A stretch of 60,099 bases of DNA, taken from positions 1-60,099 of the forward strand of contig CAYRIQ010000001.1 of NCBI GenBank assembly GCA_964424505.1, read 5' to 3'. Source of the stretch: an uncultured Candidatus Peribacteria bacterium. GTDB taxonomy: Bacteria; Patescibacteriota; Gracilibacteria; Absconditabacterales; Absconditicoccaceae. The position numbers and the translations under genes were made by a program. The notes below the pieces were generated by a model that did not search any database, was not told where the DNA came from, and was given only the letters and a program-made list of their open reading frames with translations. This document shows positions 1-11,606 of the stretch, in pieces (the first letter of the stretch is position 1; each line of letters opens with the position of its first letter).

Positions 1-5
1 AAAAT

Positions 6-1493
6 ATGCGTTTTTATGATGAAATAACCATACGTGTACAATCAGGAAAATGATGAGATGGAACCGTGACTTGAAGGAGAGAAAACGGAGTCCCATTTGG
101 CTGACCATCTGGATGAGATGGTGGACGTGGATGATCAATTATCTTGCAAGCAAACAAAGATGAAAATACTTTACAAGCATATAGATATAAATCAGTATTT
201 AAAGCGGCTCCTGGAGAGCCGGGGAAGTCCAAAGATCAATATGGTGCAAACGCGGAAAATCTTATATTGCAAGTACCTATATGAACCCTTATAAGGGATA
301 AAGAGACCAATGAAATCCTGTACACGTTTTCGTTTGATAATGAGGAATGGACTGCAGTTTTTGGCGGTGAATGAGGGATAGGAAATATCCATTTTAAAGA
401 TGCTGTCCATCAGTATCCTACTTTTTGTTTACTAGGAGAGCCAGGACACAAAAAAGAAATAGTCCTCGAGTTGCAACTCCTTGCAGATGTTGCTTTGATT
501 GGGACGCCGAGCGTCGGTAAAACCAGTCTGATAAATAGTATTTCAAATACCAAAGCAAAAGTTGCTGATTATCCATTTACGACATTAATCCCCAATCTTT
601 GATCAGTTACTGTACAAGATACTCATTTCAATGTTATTGATATTCCATGACTTATCAAAGGTGCAGCAGAAGGGAAGTGATTGGGAAATGCTTTTCTTCG
701 CCACATTCTCAAAGCGAGAGTATTTTGTTTGATAAGTGATATGTCTAGATATGACAAAGGAATTGTAGAGATACCTGACTTGCTTGATGAAATCTATACC
801 TATACACGTACCAAATTTAGTAAAGATCCAGAAGCAGTGGAGATTTATATCAAAGAAGATAAGGGTATGATTACTTTATTTATCTATGAAGAAGGGAAAC
901 TAGTTATCGAAAAAAGATTGCTCTTTGTGATCAATAAATATGATCTTATCAATGATATAGAAATTCTCAAAGAATATAAAACACAGCTTTGGGACAAAAT
1001 TCTAGATTTTTTCAAAAAAAATAAAATTTGAACCAAAATCACGAAAAAATTGCTCGAAGATCATACGTTTACTATCTCTGCTGCGACTCATTTCGGCGTA
1101 GATGAACGATTAAAAAAAATTGTTGATGTGCTCACCAAAACTGACGTCCAAGAAGTCTATCATATAGAAAATATTCCTTATCATGAGAGGAAAGACAGAG
1201 AAGATTCTATCACAAATACAACAGAGCAGGAAAAAGATTTTTTGATCACTGGTGGTTATATGACAGCGGAAGATATACAATACATCAACGTTCGAGAAAT
1301 ATATAATCAGGAATTTGCTAAACTTGTTTGGACACTTCCTCGATGAAATGATGAAGCAGAAGCGTGGTTTTGGAAGCAAATAGGGCACAAGTGATTTTTA
1401 GATGAATTCGAAAATAAATGAGTACAAAAATGAGATGTGTTTAAAGTAATGAGTCCATACGAATGATTAGAACCAAGATATATACAATATTAA
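6..1493 (+). CDS. obg: GTPase Obg/CgtA (Obg fold + G domain + C-terminal OCT-like domain)
   Basis: With TGA=Gly the frame reads MRFYDEITIRVQSGKGGDG..., G1 LIGTPSVGKTSL, ADYPFTTLIPNLG and DIPGLIKGAAEGKGLG. Several of these invariant Gly are TGA codons. One frame joins track ORFs 681-1031 and 1050-1346 and ends at TAA 1491. Confidence 0.9.
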
Positions 1494-1572
1494 ACGATGT
1501 TTGGAAAGTTGAAAGTTTAGAAGGTGTAGAATGCTAACCTTCCAAACCTGCTTTAATCTTTTAACAAATAGT

Positions 1573-2013
1573 ATGTTTATAATATTAAGTATTAGTGATT
1601 CCGACAAACATCGAGAAAAGGTAGTCGAAGAATATACCAAGCGCTTAGGCAAATCAGTAAAAATAGAAAACATTAAGCCAAGCAGAAAAGGAAACAATGA
1701 ACAAGTGATACAAGCTGATACCCAAAATATTATCACCAAGCTAGAAAAATTTCCAGAATATACAAAAATTTTATTGAGCAAAGAAGGGAAACAATTAGAT
1801 ACTTTGGCATTACATACATTTTTTACCAACAAAAACTGTATCTTCGTTATCGGTTGACCATACGGATTAAATGAAACTATATTGACTAAATATATTGATA
1901 TAAAAATTTCTTTTTGAGCTATTACTTTACCTCACGGTTTGGCTAAAGTCACCTTGCTTGAACAGTTATATAGGATTTGAACTATTGAGCAGGGAAAGAG
2001 CTATCATTACTAA
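1573..2013 (+). CDS. rlmH: 23S rRNA (pseudouridine1915-N3)-methyltransferase RlmH (SPOUT)
   Basis: Starts MFIILSISDSDKH. The C-terminal part reads VIGGPYGL...ITLPHGLAKVTLLEQLYRIGTIEQGKSYHY through two TGA codons and ends at TAA 2011. Confidence 0.85.
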
Positions 2014-2063
2014 TCACCTGGGTGCAATTACACAAAATTGCTTTAAAAGCTATATTACAATAG

Positions 2064-2088
2064 TTTCCACTCGGGTGGAAATGTTTTG
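2064..2088 (+). terminator. Hairpin tttccac-tcgg-gtggaaa followed by a T-rich tail, downstream of rlmH
   Basis: Perfect 7-bp stem seen directly in the sequence. The T tract is short. Confidence 0.45.
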
Positions 2089-2144
2089 CATTTTATTTTC
2101 CAATCACTATATTCCATGTGAAGAAAATTTGAAATAATTAGCGA

Positions 2145-2273
2145 GACAGATTATATCGCTTGAAGGCGAGATTGAAGGATTGAAATATTGAAAAGTTGAA
2201 AGGTTGAAAAATGAATGTTTCCACCTTTCCGTGTTTCCACACAATCTTAGTTCTTTGGCCAATATAATCTGTC
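2145..2273. repeat. Periodic-word element H1: five tandem NNTTGAAA 8-mers, then TTTCCAC-type complementary words, enclosed by a perfect 12-bp inverted repeat
   Basis: gacagattatat (2145-2156) and atataatctgtc (2262-2273) are exact reverse complements. TTGAA recurs every 8 nt between them. Confidence 0.7.
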
Positions 2274-2349
2274 TAATTACCTTATTTTCTTTCTGACAGT
2301 GTTCTAGGTGCAAGTTCCTCGTCCACATTTTATTTTTTATTTTTTTAGT

Positions 2350-4482
2350 ATGGCTATCAAGAAAAAGGAGTTTATACTCCACACACAATCTTTCGATCGA
2401 GCAGGAAAAACACTTTCGTTTGAAACATGAAAATTAGCAGTACAAGCTGATTGCTCACTTAAACTCCAATTTGGAGAAACGACACTTTTATGTTCTACCG
2501 TTATGGAAAAAAATCCAAGATCAGATTCTGATTGTTTACCGTTGATGATTGATGTTAGAGAAAGTTCTTCTGCAGCAGGGAGACTTGGATGAGCGGCGTA
2601 TAGAAGAAGAGAAGGTAGACCTTCTGACCAAGCAATTCTTTACTGTAGACTGACAGACAGAGCGTTGAGACCAATGTTTCCAAAAGGTATGATTAATGAC
2701 GTGGTAATAACAATTACCCCATTAGCACTTGATCAAGAAATTGATTTGGGTGTTTCTACAATTATTGGATCATCATTGTCTATTATGGCTGCAGGAATAC
2801 CATTTGATGGCCCAGTAGGTGCAGCGCAAATAGGATATATTGATGGAAATTTTATAATTAATCCTACGAGAAGTGAATCAGAAAAAAGTCTTTTCTTGTT
2901 ATTGGTTGCAGGAAAAAAATGATCAATAAATATGATCGAAGCTGAAGGAAATGAAGTAGACAAGGAATTACTCAAACAGGCATTTTTAATAGGACAAAAA
3001 GCTATCGATGAATCTTGTGATTTTCAAATGAAGTTCCTTGAAACATTGACCGTAGTACCACAAAATATTATATACAATAAACCTTCAGAAGATCTTATTG
3101 CATACATTAGTAAGATTTTGACAGAAGAAAAATTACAAGCACTTACTGGAAATAGCAAAATTCCTTTCAATGAATTGTCTGCTATCTACGAAAAAGAAGT
3201 TTTGGAAATTAGTAAAGACAAAATAGCTGATGCTGAACAAGAAGATTTCACAGAAACTAAAGTTAAGATGTGAGTTTTTAATGTCATAAAATATTTTCTT
3301 CGTCATCGTACAATCGATACAGGCAAAAGAATTGATGATAGAGATCAAAAAGAGATTAGACCAATTTTTTGTGAAGTAGCCACATTACCAAGAGTACATG
3401 GATCATGATTGTTCCGAAGAGGTGATACACAAGTATTGACAACAGTAACCTTATGAGGACCAAAAGAATATCTGATTCTCGATGATATGGAAAATAATGG
3501 CGTACATCAAAGATATTTCCATCATTACAATTTTCCTCCATTTTCGACAGGAGAAGCAAAATGAATGAGAGGGACAGGAAGAAGAGAAATAGGACATGGA
3601 AGATTGGCAGAGAAGGCGTTAGAAAAGGTCCTCCCTACTATGGAAGAATTTCCATATACTATTAGAGTTGTCTCAGAATGCCTAGGATCAGGGTGATCAA
3701 CGTCTATGGGATCTGTGTGTGGATCTACATTGTCTCTTATGGATGCAGGAGTACCGATCAAAAAACCAGTTGCAGGTATTGCAATGGGATTGATGACTGA
3801 TCATGATGAAGAATGAAATATATCAAAATATACTATTCTCAATGATCTTATGGCTACAGAAGATTTTACAGGAGATATGGATTTTAAAGTCGCAGGGACA
3901 AAAGATGGGATAACTGCTATTCAATTGGATACAAAATTAAAAGGAATTACTATGGATATTGTCCATGAAACTATCGACAGAGCATGCGAATGATACAATG
4001 AAATTATGGAAGTAATGCTTCAAACAATTAGCATACCAAGATCTACCGTTTGACAGTACGCACCTAAGATAAAAATTATTCATATCAATCCAGACAAGGT
4101 GAGAGAAGTTATCGGAAAGGGTGGTGATGTAATCAATGGCATCATCGAAAAAAATCCTGGAGTAAAAATTGATTTTGAGGATGATGGAACATGTTATATA
4201 GGACATAGAGACCAATCAGTGATTGATACTGTGGTTGATATTATTTTGGAAATAGCAGCTGACCTTGAGGTAGGACAAGAATTTGATGCAAAAATTAAAA
4301 GGATAGAAGATTATGGTTTGTTTGTAGAGCTTCCAAAGAAAAAAATGTGACTTTGCCATGTTTCCAATCTAGGACAAAGATATACAACTCCACTTACTGC
4401 TCACTTCAAACTTGGAGAAGTGATTAAAGTAAAAATCAAAGGAATAGATCCTGATGGTAAAGTAGCAGTAATTAAAATATAA
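2350..4482 (+). CDS. pnp: Polyribonucleotide nucleotidyltransferase (PNPase), two RNase PH domains + KH + S1
   Basis: A single frame joins ORFs 2665-2922, 2932-3273 and 4099-4350 through TGA codons. Motifs seen: [49 protein letters not shown], and an S1 tail. Ends at TAA 4480. Confidence 0.95.
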
Positions 4483-4494
4483 CAATATAGTATT

Positions 4495-4572
4495 GTTAAA
4501 AGGTTAAAAAGTTACCTGTTTAGAATGTTAACCTTTTAACTTTCAACCTTTTAACCTTCAACCTTTTATTTT
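4495..4572. repeat. Periodic-word hairpin H2 immediately 3' of pnp (GGTTAAAA / TTAACCTT words, 7-8 nt period)
   Basis: aaaaggttaaaaagtta ... ttaaccttttaactttcaaccttttaaccttcaacctttt. The arms are complementary in several registers, and a T-run follows. Confidence 0.65.
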
Positions 4573-4588
4573 TCTAAACTATTATCCA

Positions 4589-5149
4589 ATGAAATTTTTA
4601 AAATCGCTCTTAAAAAATGTAGTAATTGTTTTAGGTTTACTTGTTGTATTAGCACTGATCAACCGATGGTATCTTGGATGATTTATGCATATTGAAGTTC
4701 AAGAAAAAAACATGTGACCATATACTATGGTATATACAACTTTTGTAGGTGATTATAGTAAAGTATGACCATCAATGGATAAAGTGTATGAAATTCTTTC
4801 TGGTGCAGGTGTCATGTCAGCAACGGGAGTTGGTATCTATTATGATGATCCAGCAATAGTTTCATGAGAAAACCTTAGAAGTGATGTAGGATCGATTATT
4901 GATCCACAAGATACAAGCAAATTGGCAAATATACAAGACATTAAAATTACTACGCGCTCTGCAGGCACCAAAGTTGTTGTTGAATTCCCATTGAGAAATA
5001 TGATTTCATATATGATAGGTCCTATGAAAGTTTACCCAGTAATAAGCAAATATATGATAGAAAAAGGATATAAATCTCAAGTTCCTATGGTGGAGCTCTA
5101 TGATATGGCTGCCAAGAAAATATATTATATGGCAGATATTACTAAATAA
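4589..5149 (+). CDS. Membrane-anchored GyrI-like/SOUL-like small-molecule-binding domain protein
   Basis: N-terminal TM helix (VVIVLGLLVVLALI). The rest has the GyrI-like pattern (YTTFVGDY..., GVGIYYDDP..., VELYDM). Four in-frame TGA codons are read as Gly. Confidence 0.55.
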
Positions 5150-5175
5150 ATCATATTTTTGTAATTTGTACAGGC

Positions 5176-5204
5176 AAAAGACGCACAAAACGCGTCTTTT
5201 TTCT
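5176..5204 (+). terminator. Rho-independent terminator
   Basis: aaaagacgc-acaaaac-gcgtctttttt: a GC stem plus a T-run. Confidence 0.75.
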
Positions 5205-5273
5205 GTATTTTTTGCAAAAAAATAAAAAAATAAATACAATTATATATCACCAATTTTAGTTTCATTCATACAT

Positions 5274-6074
5274 ATGCGTAAATATATGGAATATAATCAC
5301 AAAGATACTTCAACGCATCCTGTTTATCAGGATGAGATTGCTGATAATCTTGAAAATCAAACAGAAAAAATGAAAAATGATCTTGATGTATTCAAAAGCT
5401 TGGCTACCATATATTATGGTACTGATAAACCTAGAGATTACACCAAATATCTATCACAAAAAGGTTATGTCCCACAAGAAGATAATGAAAATGAAAAAAT
5501 TATTCAGTCAGAATATCTTTATATATTAGTCCATGTAGGTACAGGTGAGTTTGATAGTGAGGTATTTACTAGGAAAGATATACCAGAATATAAATGATTT
5601 TCATATAGTCCATTGCCTTTATTTGTGGTTGCATCACGGGTAGATCATGAAAAAAAAGATTATAATCCGACAAAGTTTCTTAATGATTATGCTAGTATAT
5701 ATGTCCCAAAATGATGACAAGTAGAATCACGCATAAGTTATAAACAAAAAGAACATGATATTAATTATGGAAATAGTAATGGTATTATGAATTATGAAGA
5801 TGCAATACTAGCACTACAAAATGCATATATTCATAAAATTTTCCCCAATGAAAATAGTTTTGAAAAATTTGTGAAGCAAATGAAAAAAATTGAAGATTAT
5901 ACCGAATTCAAGAGACGAATAAGCAAAAGAAAAACAGATATACAAGATGAAGACGAAAAAATATTTTACAGTAAAATGCTCTTATGTCTCTCAGATGTAT
6001 GTGATAAAAATCAGGAAAAAATGTATGAATGTATTCGCTCTTTTGATATACACAAAAAAATATTTACTAAATAA
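5274..6074 (+). CDS. Hypothetical protein (266 aa)
   Basis: ORFs 5274-5597 and 5787-6074 share a frame and are joined through three TGA codons with no TAA/TAG. I recognise no family. Confidence 0.6.
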
Positions 6075-6124
6075 CAGTCCCAACAACAGCAATTCTTTAT
6101 TTTTATTTATTAAGTAGTAACAAA

Positions 6125-6409
6125 ATGGCTTTAGATTTCGATTTATTTAGCGTAGTGGAGGTAAAAAATCCTAGCAAACATTGTACAGAAATATATTTTT
6201 CTGATCGCAAAGATAATGATTTGAAAACAACTTCACTGGTTATTTTTGAACAACAGATTAAGTATGTTATTACGGAAGAATATGATGAATATAAAAGAGT
6301 GAAAATATTTATTAGAGATGATGATGATCCGATTGTGATAGATTTTCATCCAGAAGAATATAATCTTTTTGAAGCATTTTTTCTGGCACTTTATAACAAA
6401 AACATTTAG
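6125..6409 (+). CDS. Hypothetical acidic protein (94 aa)
   Basis: Intact ORF in the same direction as its neighbours. No recognisable motifs. Confidence 0.45.
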   Translation: MALDFDLFSVVEVKNPSKHCTEIYFSDRKDNDLKTTSLVIFEQQIKYVITEEYDEYKRVKIFIRDDDDPIVIDFHPEEYNLFEAFFLALYNKNI

Positions 6410-6495
6410 ATACTTAGATGTTTAGAAATTGAAAATAAAAAATCCGTAATCCATAATGTATAATCAATTAATCATTTTAATTTATTTATGTAATT

Positions 6496-7437
6496 ATGAT
6501 GAATCTTGCCACTATCAAAACCATTGCTGAAGATATCAAAAGTATCAAAATCCAGTGAGCAACCAATATCGCCAAAGCTGGTATTGCTGTCTTGATCAAA
6601 GAAATCAAAAAACAAAGATTCACATCTGAAAAAGAATTTGACACATTTTTCAAACAAGCGATGGTAATTTTAAAACAAGCGAGACCTACAGAACCCATGT
6701 TATTTAACTGACTTACCTATTGTCTAGCAAATTATAAAACTTTATTGGCAAAAAAGTCGGATCTTAAAACAATAACAACTAAATTGTTTCAGGCAGGGAA
6801 AAATTATTTAGGCGATATAGAAAGAGAGGAAGCTTTGAGACCACTCATATGAGCAAAACTCATAAAAAAAAATATGCATGTGATGACGCATTGTCACTCA
6901 TGATCAGTTGTAAAATTGCTGATAACTGCACATAAGCAAAACAAAAATATTCATGTATACAATACAGAAACTAGGCCATTGTATCAGTGAAGAAAAACCT
7001 CACAAGATCTCATAAAGGCAGGTGTGCCAGATACTATGGTTACTGATGATACAGCTCCATTTTTTGTAGACAATATATATGAATCCGACACGCATATCGA
7101 TATGGTAATCATAGGTTCTGATGCTATCAAAATGGATGGAAGCGTATACAATAAAATCTGAAGTTTTGCTATCGCATTAGCTGCATGGCATTCCAAGATT
7201 CCTGTATATATCGTAGGAAGTTTAACCAAAATAGATGTTGAAAATACTATCAAAATAGAACAAAGATCTGGATCAGAAATTCGATCAGATGCTCCGAAAT
7301 GACTTAAGATTCTCAATTACGCATTCGACATGGTCCCTGCAAAATTCATTACCGGCATTATCACCGAATATGGCGTCATCAAACCCAAAGATATCAAAAA
7401 AACACTCAAGAAATACTGCCCGTGGATGATTCACTAA
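6496..7437 (+). CDS. e2b2: Ribose-1,5-bisphosphate isomerase (eIF-2B alpha/beta/delta-like family)
   Basis: The TGA-joined frame gives ...IQGATNIAKAG..., ARPTEPMLFNG, THCHSGSV, ETRPLYQGRKT, GSDAI..DGSVYNKIGS and YAFDMVPAKFITGIITEYG. Sits directly upstream of RuBisCO. Confidence 0.85.
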
Positions 7438-7444
7438 ACAATAT

Positions 7445-7472
7445 TTGCTAGACATAAAAAAATCAGTATAAT
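7445..7472 (+). promoter_or_regulatory. Sigma70-like promoter candidate upstream of RuBisCO (TTGCTA-16 nt-TATAAT)
   Basis: Hexamers read directly from the sequence. There is no experimental support. Confidence 0.4.
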
Positions 7473-7509
7473 TAAACTAATAGTCTTTTACTATTTTACA
7501 CCATTACTA

Positions 7510-8970
7510 ATGGACGTTAAACAGCTTTTACCAACGTTAAATTCACACCAATTAGCGTATGTAAACTTAGATTTGCCTAACCCACAAAACGGTGAATATC
7601 TGCTTTGTGTTTTTCATCTTATCCCATGAGGAAAACTTAATATTCTCCAGGCTGCTTGTGAAGTATCAGCAGAATCTTCTACAGGAACAAATTTTGCAGT
7701 ACAGACGGAAACAGCGTTTTCTCGTGAAATGAATTCACTGGTCTACAAAGTGGATATAGATAAAAACTTAGTTCGAATAGCTTATCCACGAAGACTCTTT
7801 GATCGTTGAGGTAATGTACAAAATATATTGACATATATCGCAGGAAATATTTTCTGAATGAAAGAAATCAACGCATTGAAACTTCTTGACGTACGATTTC
7901 CACCAGCGATGCTCGAACAATATGATGGTCCAAGTTATACGTTAGATGATATGAGAGTATATTTGAATGTCTATGACAGACCTATTTTGGGAACTATCGT
8001 AAAACCAAAAATGGGGCTTACCTCTGCAGAATATGCAGAAGTAGCATACGACTTCCGAAGAGGAGGAGGGGATTTCGTTAAAAATGATGAGCCACAAGCA
8101 GATCAAGATTTTTGTCCTTATGATAAAATGGTAAAGCATATAGCAGAAGCTATGGCAAAAGTAGTAAAAGAAACAGGGCAAAAAAAAGTTCATTCTTTCA
8201 ATGTCTCGGCTGCTGATTATGACACTATGATAGCAAGATGTGAGATGATTATACATTCATGAATGGAAAAATGATCATATGCATTTCTTATCGATGGAAC
8301 AACAGCTTGATGGATGGCAGTTCAAACACTCAGAAGAAAATATCCTGACGTTTTCATTCATTTCCACAGAGCTGGTCATGGAGCGTTTACTAGACCAGAA
8401 AATCCAATTTGATATTCAGTTTTAGTTCTTTCTAAGTTTGCTAGACTTGCAGGGACTTCAGGTATTCATACATGAACAGCTGGAGTTGGTAAAATGGCGT
8501 GAACACCAGAAGAAGATGTTACTGCTGCGCACAATATTTTCTGACTTGATGCTCCTGGACATTTTTTCAATCAATCACGAAACACAATTCCAGAAAACGA
8601 TAAAGATCGAATACAAAAGGTGCAAGAAGATCATCATCAACACGTAACCAAAGAAGATGATAGCTGGAGAAACATGAAAAAATGTTGTCCAATTATCTCA
8701 GGTGGTCTCAATCCTACGCTTTTGAAACCATTTATCGATGTGATGGGTGATGTAGATTTTATTACTACGATGGGGGCTGGTTGTCATGCTCACCCGGGTG
8801 GAACACAAAAAGGTGCAACAGCCTTGGTACAAGCGTGCGAGGCATATCAAAAATGAGTAGATATCCATGAATATGCAAAAGATCACGAAGAATTGGCTCA
8901 GGCAATAGAGTTCTTTGAAAAAAAAGAAAATAAGGAAGTAAGACATGCAGAGAGAAGAGAAAGTAATTAA
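7510..8970 (+). CDS. rbcL: RuBisCO large subunit, form II/III type
   Basis: Active-site motifs are intact: [56 protein letters not shown] and [10 protein letters not shown]. An extra segment lies before the PIISGG strand. Seven or more Gly are TGA codons. Confidence 0.95.
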
Positions 8971-8999
8971 AAAATTTAATTTAATTATGTTAATTTATC

Positions 9000-9134
9000 A
9001 TGGAAGTTCAAGAAATTACTATAAATGAAAAATCTGTCTGAGAACGTATGACGGAAAAAGAATCAGAAGCCAATGCTTTACTGAAAGAAATGTCGTATGG
9101 AGAAATCTCGTATGCCGTCATCTGCTTGAAATAA
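9000..9134 (+). CDS. Small hypothetical ORF (44 aa)
   Basis: ATG...TAA TAA with one TGA. Support is only an open frame in a 300-bp gap. Confidence 0.25.
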
Positions 9135-9281
9135 TAAAATATTAGGAATAGCTTGTCACAATCTAGCGTTGATGGAGATATCGATCATATAGAATTCATA
9201 AAAAAAGAAATTGGAAAATGTGAATCCGAGATAAAAGGTATATTAGAAGGTAATATAGTGCTAAAATGAAAACCAAGAGAT

Positions 9282-9890
9282 ATGACTAAGGAAGATATAG
9301 CTGATGCATTGACCAATCCAAAAATTGCTAACAACGATAGTTTGTGTAGGGAAATAATATTTGGAATGGTCAAAAAAAGTAATCCAATCACAGGAGAAAA
9401 ACTCTTATCAATTATCAATAGTCCTCTTATCGCCCAATATCTTAAAATTATAGAAGAAATGTATATTTTGAATAATGAAAAAATAGCTCTTGAGAAAAAA
9501 GAGTTGGAAATCAAAAAATTAGATTTTACTCAAACATATTACAAGCCGATTATCGATAAGATATTGCAGATGAGCCACAGGGCATATAAAGAATTAGAAG
9601 CACTTTCTGTCAAAAAAGAACAGATGAAATCAAATTATGGCATGTCGGAAAAGGCAGCTATGGAATCATTGTCTTATGAAGAAAGAAGAGATATCGAAAA
9701 CACAGAATCCAAAATCATGCAGCTGGATGATATTCAAAACGAGATGCAAAGAATATATGATAAGCGGGTGATGACAGCGAAAAGTAGGTCTGGATTCGAA
9801 GAAGAAGTAAGATGACTTAAAATGTATGTCGAGAAGAAAAAGACTGAAGAATGGAAATATCCCGTAGTGAAACAGCTATTCGCCGATTAG
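9282..9890 (+). CDS. Hypothetical coiled-coil protein (start may be TTG at 9150)
   Basis: ORF 9282-9815 continues through TGA to TAG 9888. It is rich in K/E heptad-like sequence. The frame stays open upstream to 9138. Confidence 0.55.
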
Positions 9891-9963
9891 TATATTATCA
9901 TTGATCTCGTTAAGATAATAAAAAATGTAAAATAATCTTTATTTGTTATAAAACAAAAATATC

Positions 9964-11466
9964 ATGAAAAATTTTTTCACAGCAAAGACCAAAATCATCG
10001 ATATCCATGAAGGAGAAAATTTGGAAGTACTCATCAACGAACAAGATGCTCGGGAAGAAGGAATCACAAGTATGGATAAAGTCTCGCTTGTGTATGATAA
10101 CAAAGAATTTGTCTTCGATGTAAGCTTATCATCTCATTTTGTACAACGTTGAGAAGTAGGGATATTCGAAGATATTAGAGAAAAATACGAGATACCAGCT
10201 GGACAATTTGTTACGGTTTCATTTACCAAAAATAGTTCAGAATCACTTGATGCACTCAAAAAATGATTGACAGGAAAGAGGCTCAATAAGCAGGAAATAC
10301 TAGCTATTATGAAAGATATTTCAAATAATAGATTCACTGATATTTTGACGACGTACTTTTCTGCGATGGGATTTTTCTTTCCTTCACAAGATGAGGATCT
10401 GTATCGGATGGCTGAAGCTATGGCAAAAACGTGAGAAATGCTTCATTTCCCAGGGATTGTAGCTGACAAGCATTGTATGGGTGGTGTGCCAGGAAATGAA
10501 ACAACAATGATTATGATTCCATTACTTACTTCATTGGGGATCAAAATGCCAAAGACGTTTTCTAAAGCAATAACTACACCAGCAGCAACGGGAGAGTGTG
10601 TAAGTGTATTGATGGATATCTCATTTAGCAAAAAAGAAATAGAAGCTTTAGTCAAAAAAAATAATTGCTGTTTAGTACGAGGTGGAGGATTGGATCTTGC
10701 ACCAGCTGATGAAAAGCTTATCAAAGTAGCATATCCACTCTCTATGCAATCATACTCAAGAACTATCGTTTCTATTATGGCAAAAAAATATGCTATGGGT
10801 ATAAATCATTCATTGATTGATATCCCTGTTGGTCCTACTGCAAAAGTACCAGACATGAAAACAGCAAAATGGCTCAAGAAAAAATATGAATATGTAGGAA
10901 AAAAGCTTGGTATGAAGGTACATGTAGAGATGACACCAGCCTTAGAGCCTATTGGTGCAGGTGTAGGAGCAGTATTGCAAGTAAGAGAGGTACTGAGAGT
11001 ATTACAACAGCATGAAAAAAGGCCTATGGATCTTGAAAAAAAAGCAGTATATTTAGCAAGCAAAATTATCGAACTTGTAGGTATGGCAAAAGGTAAAGAG
11101 GCTGAAAAACTTGCGTATGGACAACTTATTAGTGGTAAAGCACGAGCGATGATGCAAAAAATAATTGGTGCACAACATGGGGATCCCAAAGTACTCTCTG
11201 AAACATTGAAATTAGCAAAAATACAAAAAAATATTGTAGCAGAAAAATCAGGTACAGTAAAAAATATTGATATGAAAATCGTAAATGTAGCTACGAGAAC
11301 ACTTGGTTCTCCACTTGATTTGCAAGCATGATTGTATCTTCACAAAAAACTTGGTGATAGTGTAAAAAAAGGTGAAGTAATGTACACCATGTATGCCAAT
11401 GATGAAAGTAAAATCAGACTAACCAAAGAATTTTTAGACGAAAAAAAGATGTATAACATCGCGTAA
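9964..11466 (+). CDS. deoA: AMP phosphorylase (thymidine phosphorylase family with AMPpase-type N-terminal domain)
   Basis: ORFs 9964-10152 and 10438-11331 join in one frame. Motifs: DKHCMGGVPGNETT, ITTPAATGE, RGGGLDLAPADEK, IDIPVGPTAK. About 85 extra N-terminal residues, as in archaeal AMPpase. Confidence 0.85.
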
Positions 11467-11478
11467 ACGCGAATAAAA

Positions 11479-11546
11479 AAGCCCCTCTCGGCGTCTATCC
11501 CGCAAAGCGGGAATAAAGAGGGGTTAGGGGTGATGTAAAAGGGAGA
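11479..11546 (+). repeat. GC-rich palindromic element E1 (half-copy; may also terminate deoA)
   Basis: gcccctctc-ggcgtcta-tcccgcaaagcggga-ataa-agaggggt-taggggtgatg. It aligns with the 3' half of the intragenic copy at 51991-52128 read in sense. Confidence 0.7.
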
Positions 11547-11606
11547 CAAAATAAGAAAAACAAAATAAGAAAAACTAGAAATTTATTTTACATAATAATT
11601 CAGTCT

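Noticed and set aside
10443-11189. Minus-strand ORFs 10443-10724 and 10806-11189.
   Set aside because: They are antisense to the well-supported AMP phosphorylase gene. Their Ser/Pro/Ala-rich products are typical of shadow ORFs.
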